64,000 nucleotides of DNA from Patescibacteria group bacterium (GTDB lineage: Bacteria > Patescibacteriota > Minisyncoccia > Phycocordibacterales > Phycocordibacteraceae). Numbering within the stretch: position 1 is the stretch's first letter; each line of letters opens with the position of its first letter. The translations under genes and the position numbers were made by a program. Of this stretch, positions 36,720 through 45,834 are shown piece after piece. The stretch is from positions 120,486 through 184,485 of the forward strand of contig JAIELV010000001.1 in NCBI GenBank assembly GCA_019752595.1, in the 5' to 3' direction. Under the pieces are notes generated by a model. That model had not been told where the DNA came from. It did not search any database and worked only from the letters and a program-made list of their open reading frames with translations.

Positions 36720-37496
36720 ATGGAGCGTCATAACTTAATTCTCTCTCCGCACTTTGACGATGCAGTGCTCTCACTTGGTGGCCTTTTGGCTAAGGAAGGT
36801 AGCAAATCCACTGTTCTCACTTTCTTTGCAGGAAAACCGCCAAAGTCACGTGCGCACCTCTGGGATTTATTCTGTGGTTTTTTGAATAGTGATGATGCGA
36901 TAAGGGCAAGAGAGAAGGAGAATATACACGCGCTCGAATCTTTGAACGTATCTCAAAGTAATATCGTGAATTTTTCCTTCTTGGGAAAATCATACCGTCG
37001 ATGGTTCGGTGCTTCAGATGAGAAACTAAAGGCAATTATGCTCGCCGAGTTGCTCAAATTCATACGCACACGAGCTTCTGAGGGTCTTAACATTTTTGCT
37101 CCTGCATTAGAGGTGCATAAAGACCATAAACTATTAAAGGCAGTGTTGCTGAGTGCCGTTCCTATATTGAAAAACGAGAACATAAAATTCTTTCTCTATC
37201 AGGACTTGCCGTACTCTTACGTCCTCCCTGCGGGCAAACTAAAACCTGAGCAAGTGTCGAAAAAAGCTCAACTAGAGATAATAACCGTACCCCTTACTCA
37301 GTCGGAGATTGCGAAGAAAGTGTCTGCTATTGAAGCGTACCAGTCGCAATTGGGAACTCTCGCTATGCTTTCTGGCGGAAATCTTGCTTCAAAAATCGAA
37401 CGATTTGCTTCAAAGCAGGCCTCACAGTTTGACGTTTCTACAGGCTACTGCGAAGTGTTGTACGAAGTGACCCAACAAAAACGATCAAAAAATTAA
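36720..37496 (+). CDS. PIG-L/LmbE-family N-acetylglucosaminyl deacetylase
   Basis: ILSPHFDDAVLSLGGLLAK matches the PIG-L HPDDE-type zinc motif; start placed after the att repeat. Confidence 0.65.
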   Translation: MERHNLILSPHFDDAVLSLGGLLAKEGSKSTVLTFFAGKPPKSRAHLWDLFCGFLNSDDAIRAREKENIHALESLNVSQSNIVNFSFLGKSYRRWFGASDEKLKAIMLAELLKFIRTRASEGLNIFAPALEVHKDHKLLKAVLLSAVPILKNENIKFFLYQDLPYSYVLPAGKLKPEQVSKKAQLEIITVPLTQSEIAKKVSAIEAYQSQLGTLAMLSGGNLASKIERFASKQASQFDVSTGYCEVLYEVTQQKRSKN

Positions 37497-37634
37497 GTTT
37501 TTGTAATTCATAGGTTTTCTCAAAAGCGAGGCATGTAATCGGGTTCCTCGCGAGTCCAACAAACGGTTTTTTATCGCCCGTAACAAGGGTGGTTTGACAA
37601 ACTTAATATATTTATGTAAAACACCTAGAAAATC

Positions 37635-39032
37635 ATGGCTCGGCATTTATACGAAAAACTGAACAGAAAGGCTGCCACACGAAACCCTGACCTTCGTCTC
37701 GATTTTGATCCAATGACTGTTCCGTACGAACAGCTACATGAAGTGCTTCGTGACCCACTAACGTTTGCAAAGCGTATTGAGCGTTTTTCACGAGAAGTAC
37801 AACCTGGCATACAGGTAACTGGCGAGACTATAGAGCTTGGCGATGGGCATTTCACAAATCGTTACGACCTCATAGTAGATACAAACGATCCTCTATTTAG
37901 CACGAGAATTATAAGCATGCCATCAGCAACTCATGCACGTAACCTCTTGCGAAGAGATAAGAAAATAAAAGCCACAGTAAACGGTGGTTTTTATTTTCTT
38001 GCTGACGGTAAGCCATCTAAAGTGCCGAGTGAACCCACCTTTAATCTAAATATTCGAGGTGGAAAAGTGTTAGGACTACCTGCCACTGACACTGTGGGCC
38101 TGCTCAGTGTCGACGGAAAATTGACCGCTGAAGTCATACGAGCACAAGGAAAGATGAGAGTTGGCGAGAAGAAAATCCGCTGGAGAGGTGGGCAACACAT
38201 TGCGCACGGGGATCGTTCAACAGAATCTGAAACGTATCTTCTCGATCAGAATGCAGTGTTGTTCAACTCTTCTTGTTGCACGCTTGAATATGAGGTCCCT
38301 GGTGACAACACAAGTCTGCGCATGGTCCAAGAGCATCTAAACAAAACACCAACTCGTCAAGATGTCACCGATGTTGTTGTTCGTACGTCTCCCGATGGAA
38401 CATTGCGTGTGCACTCTGTGCTCCCAGGAGGAGGTTCGGATTTTTTTGACGGGAATTTTGTATTGCAGATGTCAAACGACGTTGCGCGAGATATTAAGAC
38501 AGGCGACGAAGTAGAACCAACCCTACTCGACAATATTGAGATTTACGGCATTGAATCAGCAATTACCGTTGGTCCTCTCGTGCATCATTTTCTTGAAAAC
38601 GAAGGTCATTCAGTAAATGCCGACAAATCGCTTGGCAATTCACCGTTTGGTCGCGTGCGGTTCGCTCGTTCGGTTGCGTATGAAGACAACGACGGAAAAC
38701 TTCACTTCACTGTTTTCGACGCAGTGCCGCGCTCAACATACATGAAAGGTATTACTCCGCATGAAATTGCTCGGTTAATTCCTACAGATGCTCGGTGGGC
38801 AGTATTTCTTGATGGCGGACAGTCATCAAGAATCACGTATGAGAATGTTCAAAATGATGAAGTAGACATCCGTTCTTTTGGGAATAAAGCATATTTACGA
38901 CTCCACACTGCAGACGAAACTTCACTCGGAATTATGGAGCCAAACCAACGGTACATCGGCCCTGGAATCGGTAGACCAGTTCCTTCGTATATAGCGATCG
39001 AGAAATATATAGATTCATCTAACAGAGACTAA
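37635..39032 (+). CDS. Phosphodiester glycosidase (NAGPA / DUF2233) family protein
   Basis: KATVNGGFYFLADG and WAVFLDGGQSSRI resemble the NAGPA uncovering-enzyme-like domain motifs. Confidence 0.5.
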   Translation: MARHLYEKLNRKAATRNPDLRLDFDPMTVPYEQLHEVLRDPLTFAKRIERFSREVQPGIQVTGETIELGDGHFTNRYDLIVDTNDPLFSTRIISMPSATHARNLLRRDKKIKATVNGGFYFLADGKPSKVPSEPTFNLNIRGGKVLGLPATDTVGLLSVDGKLTAEVIRAQGKMRVGEKKIRWRGGQHIAHGDRSTESETYLLDQNAVLFNSSCCTLEYEVPGDNTSLRMVQEHLNKTPTRQDVTDVVVRTSPDGTLRVHSVLPGGGSDFFDGNFVLQMSNDVARDIKTGDEVEPTLLDNIEIYGIESAITVGPLVHHFLENEGHSVNADKSLGNSPFGRVRFARSVAYEDNDGKLHFTVFDAVPRSTYMKGITPHEIARLIPTDARWAVFLDGGQSSRITYENVQNDEVDIRSFGNKAYLRLHTADETSLGIMEPNQRYIGPGIGRPVPSYIAIEKYIDSSNRD

Positions 39033-39033
39033 A

Positions 39034-40752
39034 ATGAAACAGAATTACGAAAATGTAGGGGATCTTCCGCCAAAAAACGCGAATGCGTTCTTTGAAGCGC
39101 TCAAATCGAGGGAGATTATTCCCGGAAATCAATATATTGCTTTCGTTGGAGCACATTATGACGACGAATCATCATTAATTGGGGCACAGATTCCGCTCAT
39201 GCCACTGAGTTCAATAATTCATACTACCGATAGTGCGCCTCTTGATCCTCGGTTTTGGGCAGAGAAGCATGCGTCTGCAGAGGAATACTCAGCTCACAGA
39301 CGCACTGAAGTGACGAGGGCACTCAATATTGCAGGGCACGTAGGTCCACGGTCTACGCCGCACATTTCTGACCAAACTGCCGCATTCAATTTGGTGGAAC
39401 TCACACGCGGCTTGGTAGAAGAGTTTCGAAGCAAAAAAATACAGATTGCTATTACACACGCATATGAGGGTGGACACCCAGATCACGATGCCACCGCGTT
39501 CGCTGTCCACGCGGCAGCGGCTATTTTGCGAAAGGAAGGAGGAAGTCTTTCAATTGTCGAAGCCCCCTCTTACCGTCTAAAAAATCCTGATGATCACGAC
39601 TTTGGTGTCGGAGAAATTGATGTAAATCAACGGTTTGAGCATTATCCTGGAAGCACGCCGGTGGTATTTTATCTCACCCCTGAACAGATTGCTCTGAAAC
39701 AAGCGTTATTTGCAGCGCATAGTTCCCAAGCGCATGTAATGGCTGAAATGAGTACAGATACTGAGCAATTCCGTGTTGCGCCGAACTATGATTTCACACA
39801 CGCAGCACATGGCGGGAGATTGTCACACATCTACGCGCGCAATGGGATAACTCCCGAACGCTGGTCTGAACTTGCGGGAGAGGCTTTGCGCCAACTTGGA
39901 CTCTCAGCGCAAGAACTTTCTGTAGCGCATGAGAATGTAATCCCATTTAGACCGGATGGAATAGAACTTCAGACTCTACAGTATTTCTACGATGGAGGAA
40001 ATTCTTTTACTCTCAAGAATAGAGAAGGGAATAAAGCGTTCACTGTTCCCATTCCAGAAGGAAGTGCTCCTCCGAGAGGTGGTATGTCGCTCGCAGACAA
40101 CGTCGGAGATGTTAAGGGAAAGCGCCTCCTTGAATTGGGTGCGGCAAGTTACGGCATAAACATGTTCGCCGCACTGCTGCATGAGGCTGAGTCAGTCTAC
40201 GGTATTGAGATTGGCCCCAACGAAGCAGCTTTTCTAGAAAATTCGATTAGGCAATTAGGACTGGAGGGTCGAGCAAAAGTACACGCTGGTGGCAACATTC
40301 CAGAAAACGCTGGGCTCTTTGGTGCGATCATCGCAAACTTGCCGATGATGCCCTCAAATGACCGTGCTCAAACGGAGGGTGATACTTACAACTATGCAGG
40401 CAGTACAGGTTGGGAAGTTATCGACTCATACCTTCCTGATATAGAAAAACACCTCGATACGGATGGATACGTTCGTTTCGGGATTCTCGACTTCTTGGGC
40501 GTAGATGAACGCACCGGACCCGATGTTCCTTCCGCGCGTGAGCGCTTCAAAGCGCTAGGGCTTGAGATTAAGACCATTGCCAAGGGTAAACATGATGTAG
40601 ATGGAGACCACCCATTCCTCACTCGGTCTGGATTATTGGAATACGTGCGCGCACTCTATCCTGACTATCCGTTCGGAGAAGACGGTTCATACACAACATC
40701 AATAATTGAAGCCAGATATCCACGCGCCTCAGAGAGTCAGAGAAAAGACTAA
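39034..40752 (+). CDS. Fusion protein: PIG-L/LmbE deacetylase domain + class I SAM-dependent methyltransferase-like domain
   Basis: N-term AFVGAHYDDESSLIG...HAYEGGHPDHDATA (PIG-L); C-term LLELGAASYGINMF...VYGIEIG (Rossmann MTase motif I region). Confidence 0.55.
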   Translation: MKQNYENVGDLPPKNANAFFEALKSREIIPGNQYIAFVGAHYDDESSLIGAQIPLMPLSSIIHTTDSAPLDPRFWAEKHASAEEYSAHRRTEVTRALNIAGHVGPRSTPHISDQTAAFNLVELTRGLVEEFRSKKIQIAITHAYEGGHPDHDATAFAVHAAAAILRKEGGSLSIVEAPSYRLKNPDDHDFGVGEIDVNQRFEHYPGSTPVVFYLTPEQIALKQALFAAHSSQAHVMAEMSTDTEQFRVAPNYDFTHAAHGGRLSHIYARNGITPERWSELAGEALRQLGLSAQELSVAHENVIPFRPDGIELQTLQYFYDGGNSFTLKNREGNKAFTVPIPEGSAPPRGGMSLADNVGDVKGKRLLELGAASYGINMFAALLHEAESVYGIEIGPNEAAFLENSIRQLGLEGRAKVHAGGNIPENAGLFGAIIANLPMMPSNDRAQTEGDTYNYAGSTGWEVIDSYLPDIEKHLDTDGYVRFGILDFLGVDERTGPDVPSARERFKALGLEIKTIAKGKHDVDGDHPFLTRSGLLEYVRALYPDYPFGEDGSYTTSIIEARYPRASESQRKD

Positions 40753-40885
40753 TACATCAACCGTTCAACAGGGGCAATGATACATAAAAAGTCGGTGTCG
40801 CTAAAAAAAATTACACGGGGTGCGCGCCAGACACCGCATCGGATAAAAGTAATGGGGTTAGATGTATACAGGAAGAAATACTACC

Positions 40886-41467
40886 TTAAGAGGCAACTTC
40901 CCGTGAGATCTCAAACAACGGAAAAGAAATATGTTCGTTTAACGTAAACACACCTGACGGTGTGAGTGGTACAAGATTTTGTAGTTGTGAGGCAAGCGCG
41001 TTACCTACAATGATTCCGTTTGGCTTGGCAAGCTTATTTATTTTGACACACGTACTTACCGTCGAACCAAACAAATCAAGAATCTGCCCCTCTACGCCTT
41101 GCATTATTGAAACAGGCCCAAAGCTCATGGAGACTCGCACTTCTACTGGGGGAAGGTTTTGTTCTTTTAGTTTCTGATTTAACTCAGGCAATGAGGAAAT
41201 AATAGAGCGAGAACAGGCAATTGCCGACATAAAAACTTTTTCTGTCACTTTTCCTTCTTGCTGTATATAAAATAAGAAACCGTCGCCTAAGTTTTTTACC
41301 ACCTCTGCCTGTGCGTTCTCAATGTGTTCGTTATAGTGAGAAAGTAATGTCGTAAAAAATACATCGGTTTCTTCTGCAGAAAAATTCGCAATAAGCTCCG
41401 TAGAGCCAACTATATCAACCATGCCAACGACGTATTCTTCGTGTAACTTGCGGAAATTAATTTTCAT
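40886..41467 (-). CDS. Minimal stand-alone class III nucleotidyl cyclase domain protein
   Basis: GMVDIVGSTEL (metal Asp), VKNLGDGFLFY (second Asp), VRVSMSFGPV, GSTVSTCVKINKLAKPNGIIV; 193 aa, no sensor domain. Confidence 0.6.
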   Translation of the reverse strand: MKINFRKLHEEYVVGMVDIVGSTELIANFSAEETDVFFTTLLSHYNEHIENAQAEVVKNLGDGFLFYIQQEGKVTEKVFMSAIACSRSIISSLPELNQKLKEQNLPPVEVRVSMSFGPVSIMQGVEGQILDLFGSTVSTCVKINKLAKPNGIIVGNALASQLQNLVPLTPSGVFTLNEHISFPLFEISREVAS

Positions 41468-41502
41468 ATTGGCAGTACGTATTTTAAAAAAACCTGAATT
41501 GA

Positions 41503-42978
41503 TTAATGCATCAACCGTTCTACGGGTGCAAAGTCGTCCGTCAATACTATGTTGCTTTCAGGAAGCGTTGCCTGTACGAGCCCGACCTCAGGAAAACGTT
41601 GAGAGACAATAAATTTCGAAAGTTCTCCACTGTACGAGGCTACAAAAATAAGATTTTGATTTACTTCAGATTTCTCTGACATCACGTAGAGCGAGACATG
41701 CGGGAATACAGTTTTCAGGGTTTTAAAAAGAGCAGCCGAGAAATCTGAGTATTCGCCCGCGTATGCGCCGTGTGCATTTATCACCAAGTGTGACCCACTA
41801 TGCATATTCTCTGCGACACTTTCAAACATTTCTTTGGTAGTCAGGTGAACAGGAATACCTTTCGAGGTGCCGAATGTATCCATAAACACGATGTCGTACG
41901 CGTCGTGTTTTCTTTTTAGGAAAATTCGTGCATCTTGATGCGTTATTGAAAGCGTGGGGAACTTTGAAGAATCAAAACTGAAATACTTTTGAGCTATTGC
42001 CGTCATACCTGGGTCAATCTCCGCAACATCTGCCGTTATTTTAGGGAAAAGCCTTAACAGGTATCGAGGGTAAGAATAGTTGCATCCTCCAAGAAAAAGA
42101 ACGCGAGCAGTTTCTGCAGGATTGACAACTTCGCGCACCATTTCAAATGCTTTCAGGTAAGGAAACACGAGAACCTCTTCATTCGCAGTGCCGTCTTCCT
42201 GTATTTCCATCGCGCATTGCGTGCCAAAAGGGTCGGTCGAAAGGGTGCGAACTTCATCAAAACGTTCCAGGCGATCTATTAAAACGCGGCTATACGCTGT
42301 TGAAATATCTGCTTCGGTCATACTTGCTCGCGTGGGAAGCGCGTTGAGGAAAAAGGCCAGCGCCACCACCACACAAAGGATGACCGCATGAACTACCGCA
42401 TTTTTGCGCAAAAAAAGAAATCCAAGAAAGAGAAGTAGAACTGCAACACCGAGAAGAATGTAGCTGACACCAAAATACGAAAGTAAAAATGCACTTGTCA
42501 GAACTGCGCCTACGATTGAGCCAGCTGTGCCTACTGCATACAGCGTGCCCGTGGCACTCCCTGCGTTTTCAACATTCCTTATTAAATTTCGAACCAGTAT
42601 CGGCGAAACAGCAGCGAGTATGAAAACAGTAGGCATAAAGAGGACTGTGCCAACCAAAATCGCTCCCCATGTTTCTGAAAGCTCTGTGACCGCAAAGAAC
42701 GTAGGCACGGCGTCGCGCACACTCCATGCAATCAGTGCCGCAAGCCCAGCGCCAAAAATGAAACGCCCCAGAGTAGTTTCAGAAGCGTTTTTGTCGGCAA
42801 TTCTCCCACCCCAGTGATACCCCAGCGCCATTCCGAGAAGTACCACTGAAATCGTGCCTGCCCATACGCCAACCGCGGTGCCCAAGTACGGAGCCAGAAG
42901 TCTGCCTCCCGCAATTTCAAAAATTAAAATAGCCGCGTTTGTGATAAACGATACCGCGTATACAACGGCGGTGTTCAT
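41503..42978 (-). CDS. Membrane-anchored spermidine-synthase-like (aminopropyltransferase fold) protein
   Basis: ~200-aa polytopic N-terminal domain, then LFLGGCNYSY...IVFMDTF...class I MTase/SpeE-like C-terminal domain. Confidence 0.6.
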   Translation of the reverse strand: MNTAVVYAVSFITNAAILIFEIAGGRLLAPYLGTAVGVWAGTISVVLLGMALGYHWGGRIADKNASETTLGRFIFGAGLAALIAWSVRDAVPTFFAVTELSETWGAILVGTVLFMPTVFILAAVSPILVRNLIRNVENAGSATGTLYAVGTAGSIVGAVLTSAFLLSYFGVSYILLGVAVLLLFLGFLFLRKNAVVHAVILCVVVALAFFLNALPTRASMTEADISTAYSRVLIDRLERFDEVRTLSTDPFGTQCAMEIQEDGTANEEVLVFPYLKAFEMVREVVNPAETARVLFLGGCNYSYPRYLLRLFPKITADVAEIDPGMTAIAQKYFSFDSSKFPTLSITHQDARIFLKRKHDAYDIVFMDTFGTSKGIPVHLTTKEMFESVAENMHSGSHLVINAHGAYAGEYSDFSAALFKTLKTVFPHVSLYVMSEKSEVNQNLIFVASYSGELSKFIVSQRFPEVGLVQATLPESNIVLTDDFAPVERLMH

Positions 42979-43430
42979 TATGAAAAAAGGGAATCCACAA
43001 CCGATTTTACAAGTGTTCCGTCTGCTTTCCCACTGAGGTCTTTCATGACACGACCCATCAAGATGCCCGCATCTTTCTTTTCAGTGATACCAAGGTCAGC
43101 TTTTTTCTTTTCTACCACTGCGCGCACCTCCTCCTCACTCATCAATGGGGGAGTGTATGCAACAAGGATGTCGTATTCTTGTGCCTCTTTGTTCGCAAGC
43201 TCCGATCGCCCTGCCTGTAAATATGCTGCGCCTGCTTCTTCGCGTTTCTTCATCTCACGACGGATGATTGCAACAACTTCTTCATCAGGCAGACCCTCAA
43301 TCAGCATACGTCCGCCTCTTTTCATCTCGTTTGTAATTGCAGTAATGAGCATGCGCAAGGTGTCCACTTTCACGGATTCACGGGCGCGCATGGCATTTTC
43401 CATGTCCATCCTGATTTTTTGCTGTAACAT
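42978..43430 (-). CDS. yqeY: GatB/YqeY-domain protein
   Basis: 150 aa; LKDAMRAR-like N-term, GKADGTLVKSVV C-term typical of YqeY. Confidence 0.75.
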   Translation of the reverse strand: MLQQKIRMDMENAMRARESVKVDTLRMLITAITNEMKRGGRMLIEGLPDEEVVAIIRREMKKREEAGAAYLQAGRSELANKEAQEYDILVAYTPPLMSEEEVRAVVEKKKADLGITEKKDAGILMGRVMKDLSGKADGTLVKSVVDSLFS

Positions 43431-43462
43431 ATGAGGGACAGTATACCAAAGCAGGTACCGCT

Positions 43463-44158
43463 ATGCTGATTCCATACCAGTTCGCATATCTCTTCTGGGC
43501 CCTCTTTTTCGGGGCGTTTTGGCTTCTTTTTTATGCGCTCAAGCCGTCGGTACGACGCGAAATGCTCATACTGTCGGTGATTATGGGTATTTTAGGTCCG
43601 TTTGCTGAATTCTTTGCGACCCATAACTACTATCACCCCTACACGCTCTTTGGAACCCGAATTGGAATTGAAGATTTTCTCATCGGTTTCTTTTATGGCG
43701 GGGTGGGTGCAGCGCTGTATGAAATGTTTTATTTCAGGCAACCCAACTATTCTTCACGACCTGGGTACGCGCCTGGAGCAGTGTTTGCATTGATTCTCGC
43801 GTTTACCGCAATGTACGCTGGTGCGTTTGTGTTTCCTGAAATGACTATCTATGGGCTTCTTGTGGTGATGTTTTTAATAGGCACGTCGATTATCGTGTAT
43901 CGTCCGAATTTGGTGAAACACGCGTTTGTCACAGGGGGGTTAATGGTTGTGCTTACGTTCGTCTTCTTTCAAATTTTTACTACAGTGTTTCCTGGTATCG
44001 TACAGGCGTGGTGGGAGTTAGATAAAATCTCTGGCGTTCTGATTTCAGGAATTCCACTTGAAGAAATTCTCTTCGCCTTTTTGTGGGGGTACGTGTTAGG
44101 CCCTGCATCGGAAACCGTCGCAACGATGCAGTGGAAAGACGTCTTTAAATTTAGTTAA
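43463..44158 (+). CDS. Polytopic membrane protein (lycopene-cyclase-domain-like)
   Basis: 231 aa, ~7 TM, aromatic-rich. Confidence 0.35.
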   Translation: MLIPYQFAYLFWALFFGAFWLLFYALKPSVRREMLILSVIMGILGPFAEFFATHNYYHPYTLFGTRIGIEDFLIGFFYGGVGAALYEMFYFRQPNYSSRPGYAPGAVFALILAFTAMYAGAFVFPEMTIYGLLVVMFLIGTSIIVYRPNLVKHAFVTGGLMVVLTFVFFQIFTTVFPGIVQAWWELDKISGVLISGIPLEEILFAFLWGYVLGPASETVATMQWKDVFKFS

Positions 44159-44377
44159 GCGTCCGTTTCTCAAGCTCTCTGCGTTCATCCTCGGTGAGAG
44201 GAAAAGAACCCGTTAATGCCAGATCCAAAGCATTCTCAGCTTCCTGTCTATCTTCGGCAGAGGTGGTCATTCGTACCCATAAATTTCTGACTGCTCGCTT
44301 GAGTTCAAAAGGGCGACGGTATCTTTCGACTGTCATACTTAAAATAATGTATACCTCGACGCTGGTATAATCAAGTC

Positions 44378-45424
44378 ATGGAAATGCTCCTCATCGGTCT
44401 GGTAATAGTACTTCTTTTGGTAAACGCTGGGGTAGTTTTTCTGCTTATGTCACGCTCGGGCAAAAAGGACGACGGGCAGGGCTTGAGCCTTATTCAACAG
44501 CAGATTGCCGAACTGACACGCACATTGGACGCGCGCGTGGCGGACTCCTCAAAACAGATGAACGATTCTATGCGGTCGCAATTGTCAGAATCTGCAAAGA
44601 TGATTCGTGATGTCACGGAGGGATTGACGAAGCTTGATGAGACAAACCGCCAAGTGGTTTCTTTTGCCGATCAACTACAGAACCTGCAGGACATTCTAAA
44701 AAATCCGAAACAGCGTGGAATTTTAGGCGAGTACTATCTAGAAACCGTTTTGAAGAACGTCATGCCTCCAGGTAGTTTTCAGATGCAATACGCATTCAAA
44801 AACGGAGAAATTGTAGACGCCGTTGTTTTCATGCGCGACCACATTATTCCGATTGACTCCAAGTTCTCGCTCGACAATTACAACAAAGCAATCGGTGCAC
44901 GAGAAGGAAGCGATAGGGAAGCGTTTGAAAAAGCATTTAAGCAAGATTTGAAAATCCGCATCGACGAAACCTCAAAATATGTTCGCCCCGAAGAGAACAC
45001 CATGGAATTTGCGTTCATGTTCATTCCGTCAGAGGGCGTGTACTACGACCTCTTGGTGAATCAGGTGGGAACTATGAAGACAAACACGCGGGATTTGATT
45101 GAATACGCATTCAGTAAGAAAGTAATCATTGTTTCTCCGACGTCGTTCTTGGCGTATCTGCAGACAGTGCTCCAAGGCTTGAAATCGCTTCAGATAGAGG
45201 AACAGGCAAAAGATATTCAGAAGCGGGTGGGGGAATTAGGTAAACACTTGGGAAGTTACGAGGAGTACATGAAGAAGCTTGGGGTCACACTTCAGACGAC
45301 CGTGAACCACTACACCGCGGCGTACAAGGAATTCGGAAAGATAGATAAGGACGTCATGCGCATATCGGGTGAGTCTGCAGGAGTCACACCACTCGCGGTT
45401 GCAGGGCCGAATAACGAGGAGTAA
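44378..45424 (+). CDS. rmuC: DNA recombination protein RmuC
   Basis: N-terminal TM, long coiled-coil, C-terminal RmuC nuclease-like domain (VIIVSPTSFLAYLQTV). Confidence 0.8.
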   Translation: MEMLLIGLVIVLLLVNAGVVFLLMSRSGKKDDGQGLSLIQQQIAELTRTLDARVADSSKQMNDSMRSQLSESAKMIRDVTEGLTKLDETNRQVVSFADQLQNLQDILKNPKQRGILGEYYLETVLKNVMPPGSFQMQYAFKNGEIVDAVVFMRDHIIPIDSKFSLDNYNKAIGAREGSDREAFEKAFKQDLKIRIDETSKYVRPEENTMEFAFMFIPSEGVYYDLLVNQVGTMKTNTRDLIEYAFSKKVIIVSPTSFLAYLQTVLQGLKSLQIEEQAKDIQKRVGELGKHLGSYEEYMKKLGVTLQTTVNHYTAAYKEFGKIDKDVMRISGESAGVTPLAVAGPNNEE

Positions 45425-45433
45425 GGTAGTGGG

Positions 45434-45790
45434 GTGAAAAGGGAATCGGTTATTGTCATAAAACCCGAGCTCTACGCTCAACTCCCCAACCAAGCTTGGC
45501 TGAATCGTGATAAAACAATCGGCGTTGAGTTTGCAGGACAAAAATGGATTGTCGAGGGCGATGCGGGAACGCAAGTGCCAACGCACATTACTGAAAAGGC
45601 GATAGTTGATATTTACGGGGTGCCTATGTCGCTTGTTTCTATACGACGTTTGGCGCGAGTCGTTATCGACAAAAAGGAAGAGATAGTCCCAATCCTCCGT
45701 TACAGTCAGTGTCGCCTGCCAATTAATGTCGTAAGACAAATGGGGGCGTGGAGTAAGCCAGGCCCAGCGCGAGGAAGGTATCGCGCGTAG
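45434..45790 (+). CDS. Hypothetical protein
   Basis: 118-aa ORF; no recognised domain. Confidence 0.35.
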   Translation: MKRESVIVIKPELYAQLPNQAWLNRDKTIGVEFAGQKWIVEGDAGTQVPTHITEKAIVDIYGVPMSLVSIRRLARVVIDKKEEIVPILRYSQCRLPINVVRQMGAWSKPGPARGRYRA

Positions 45791-45834
45791 ATACGTTACC
45801 GAAGTGCACATAATCAGGTACTATTACCGAAGAT

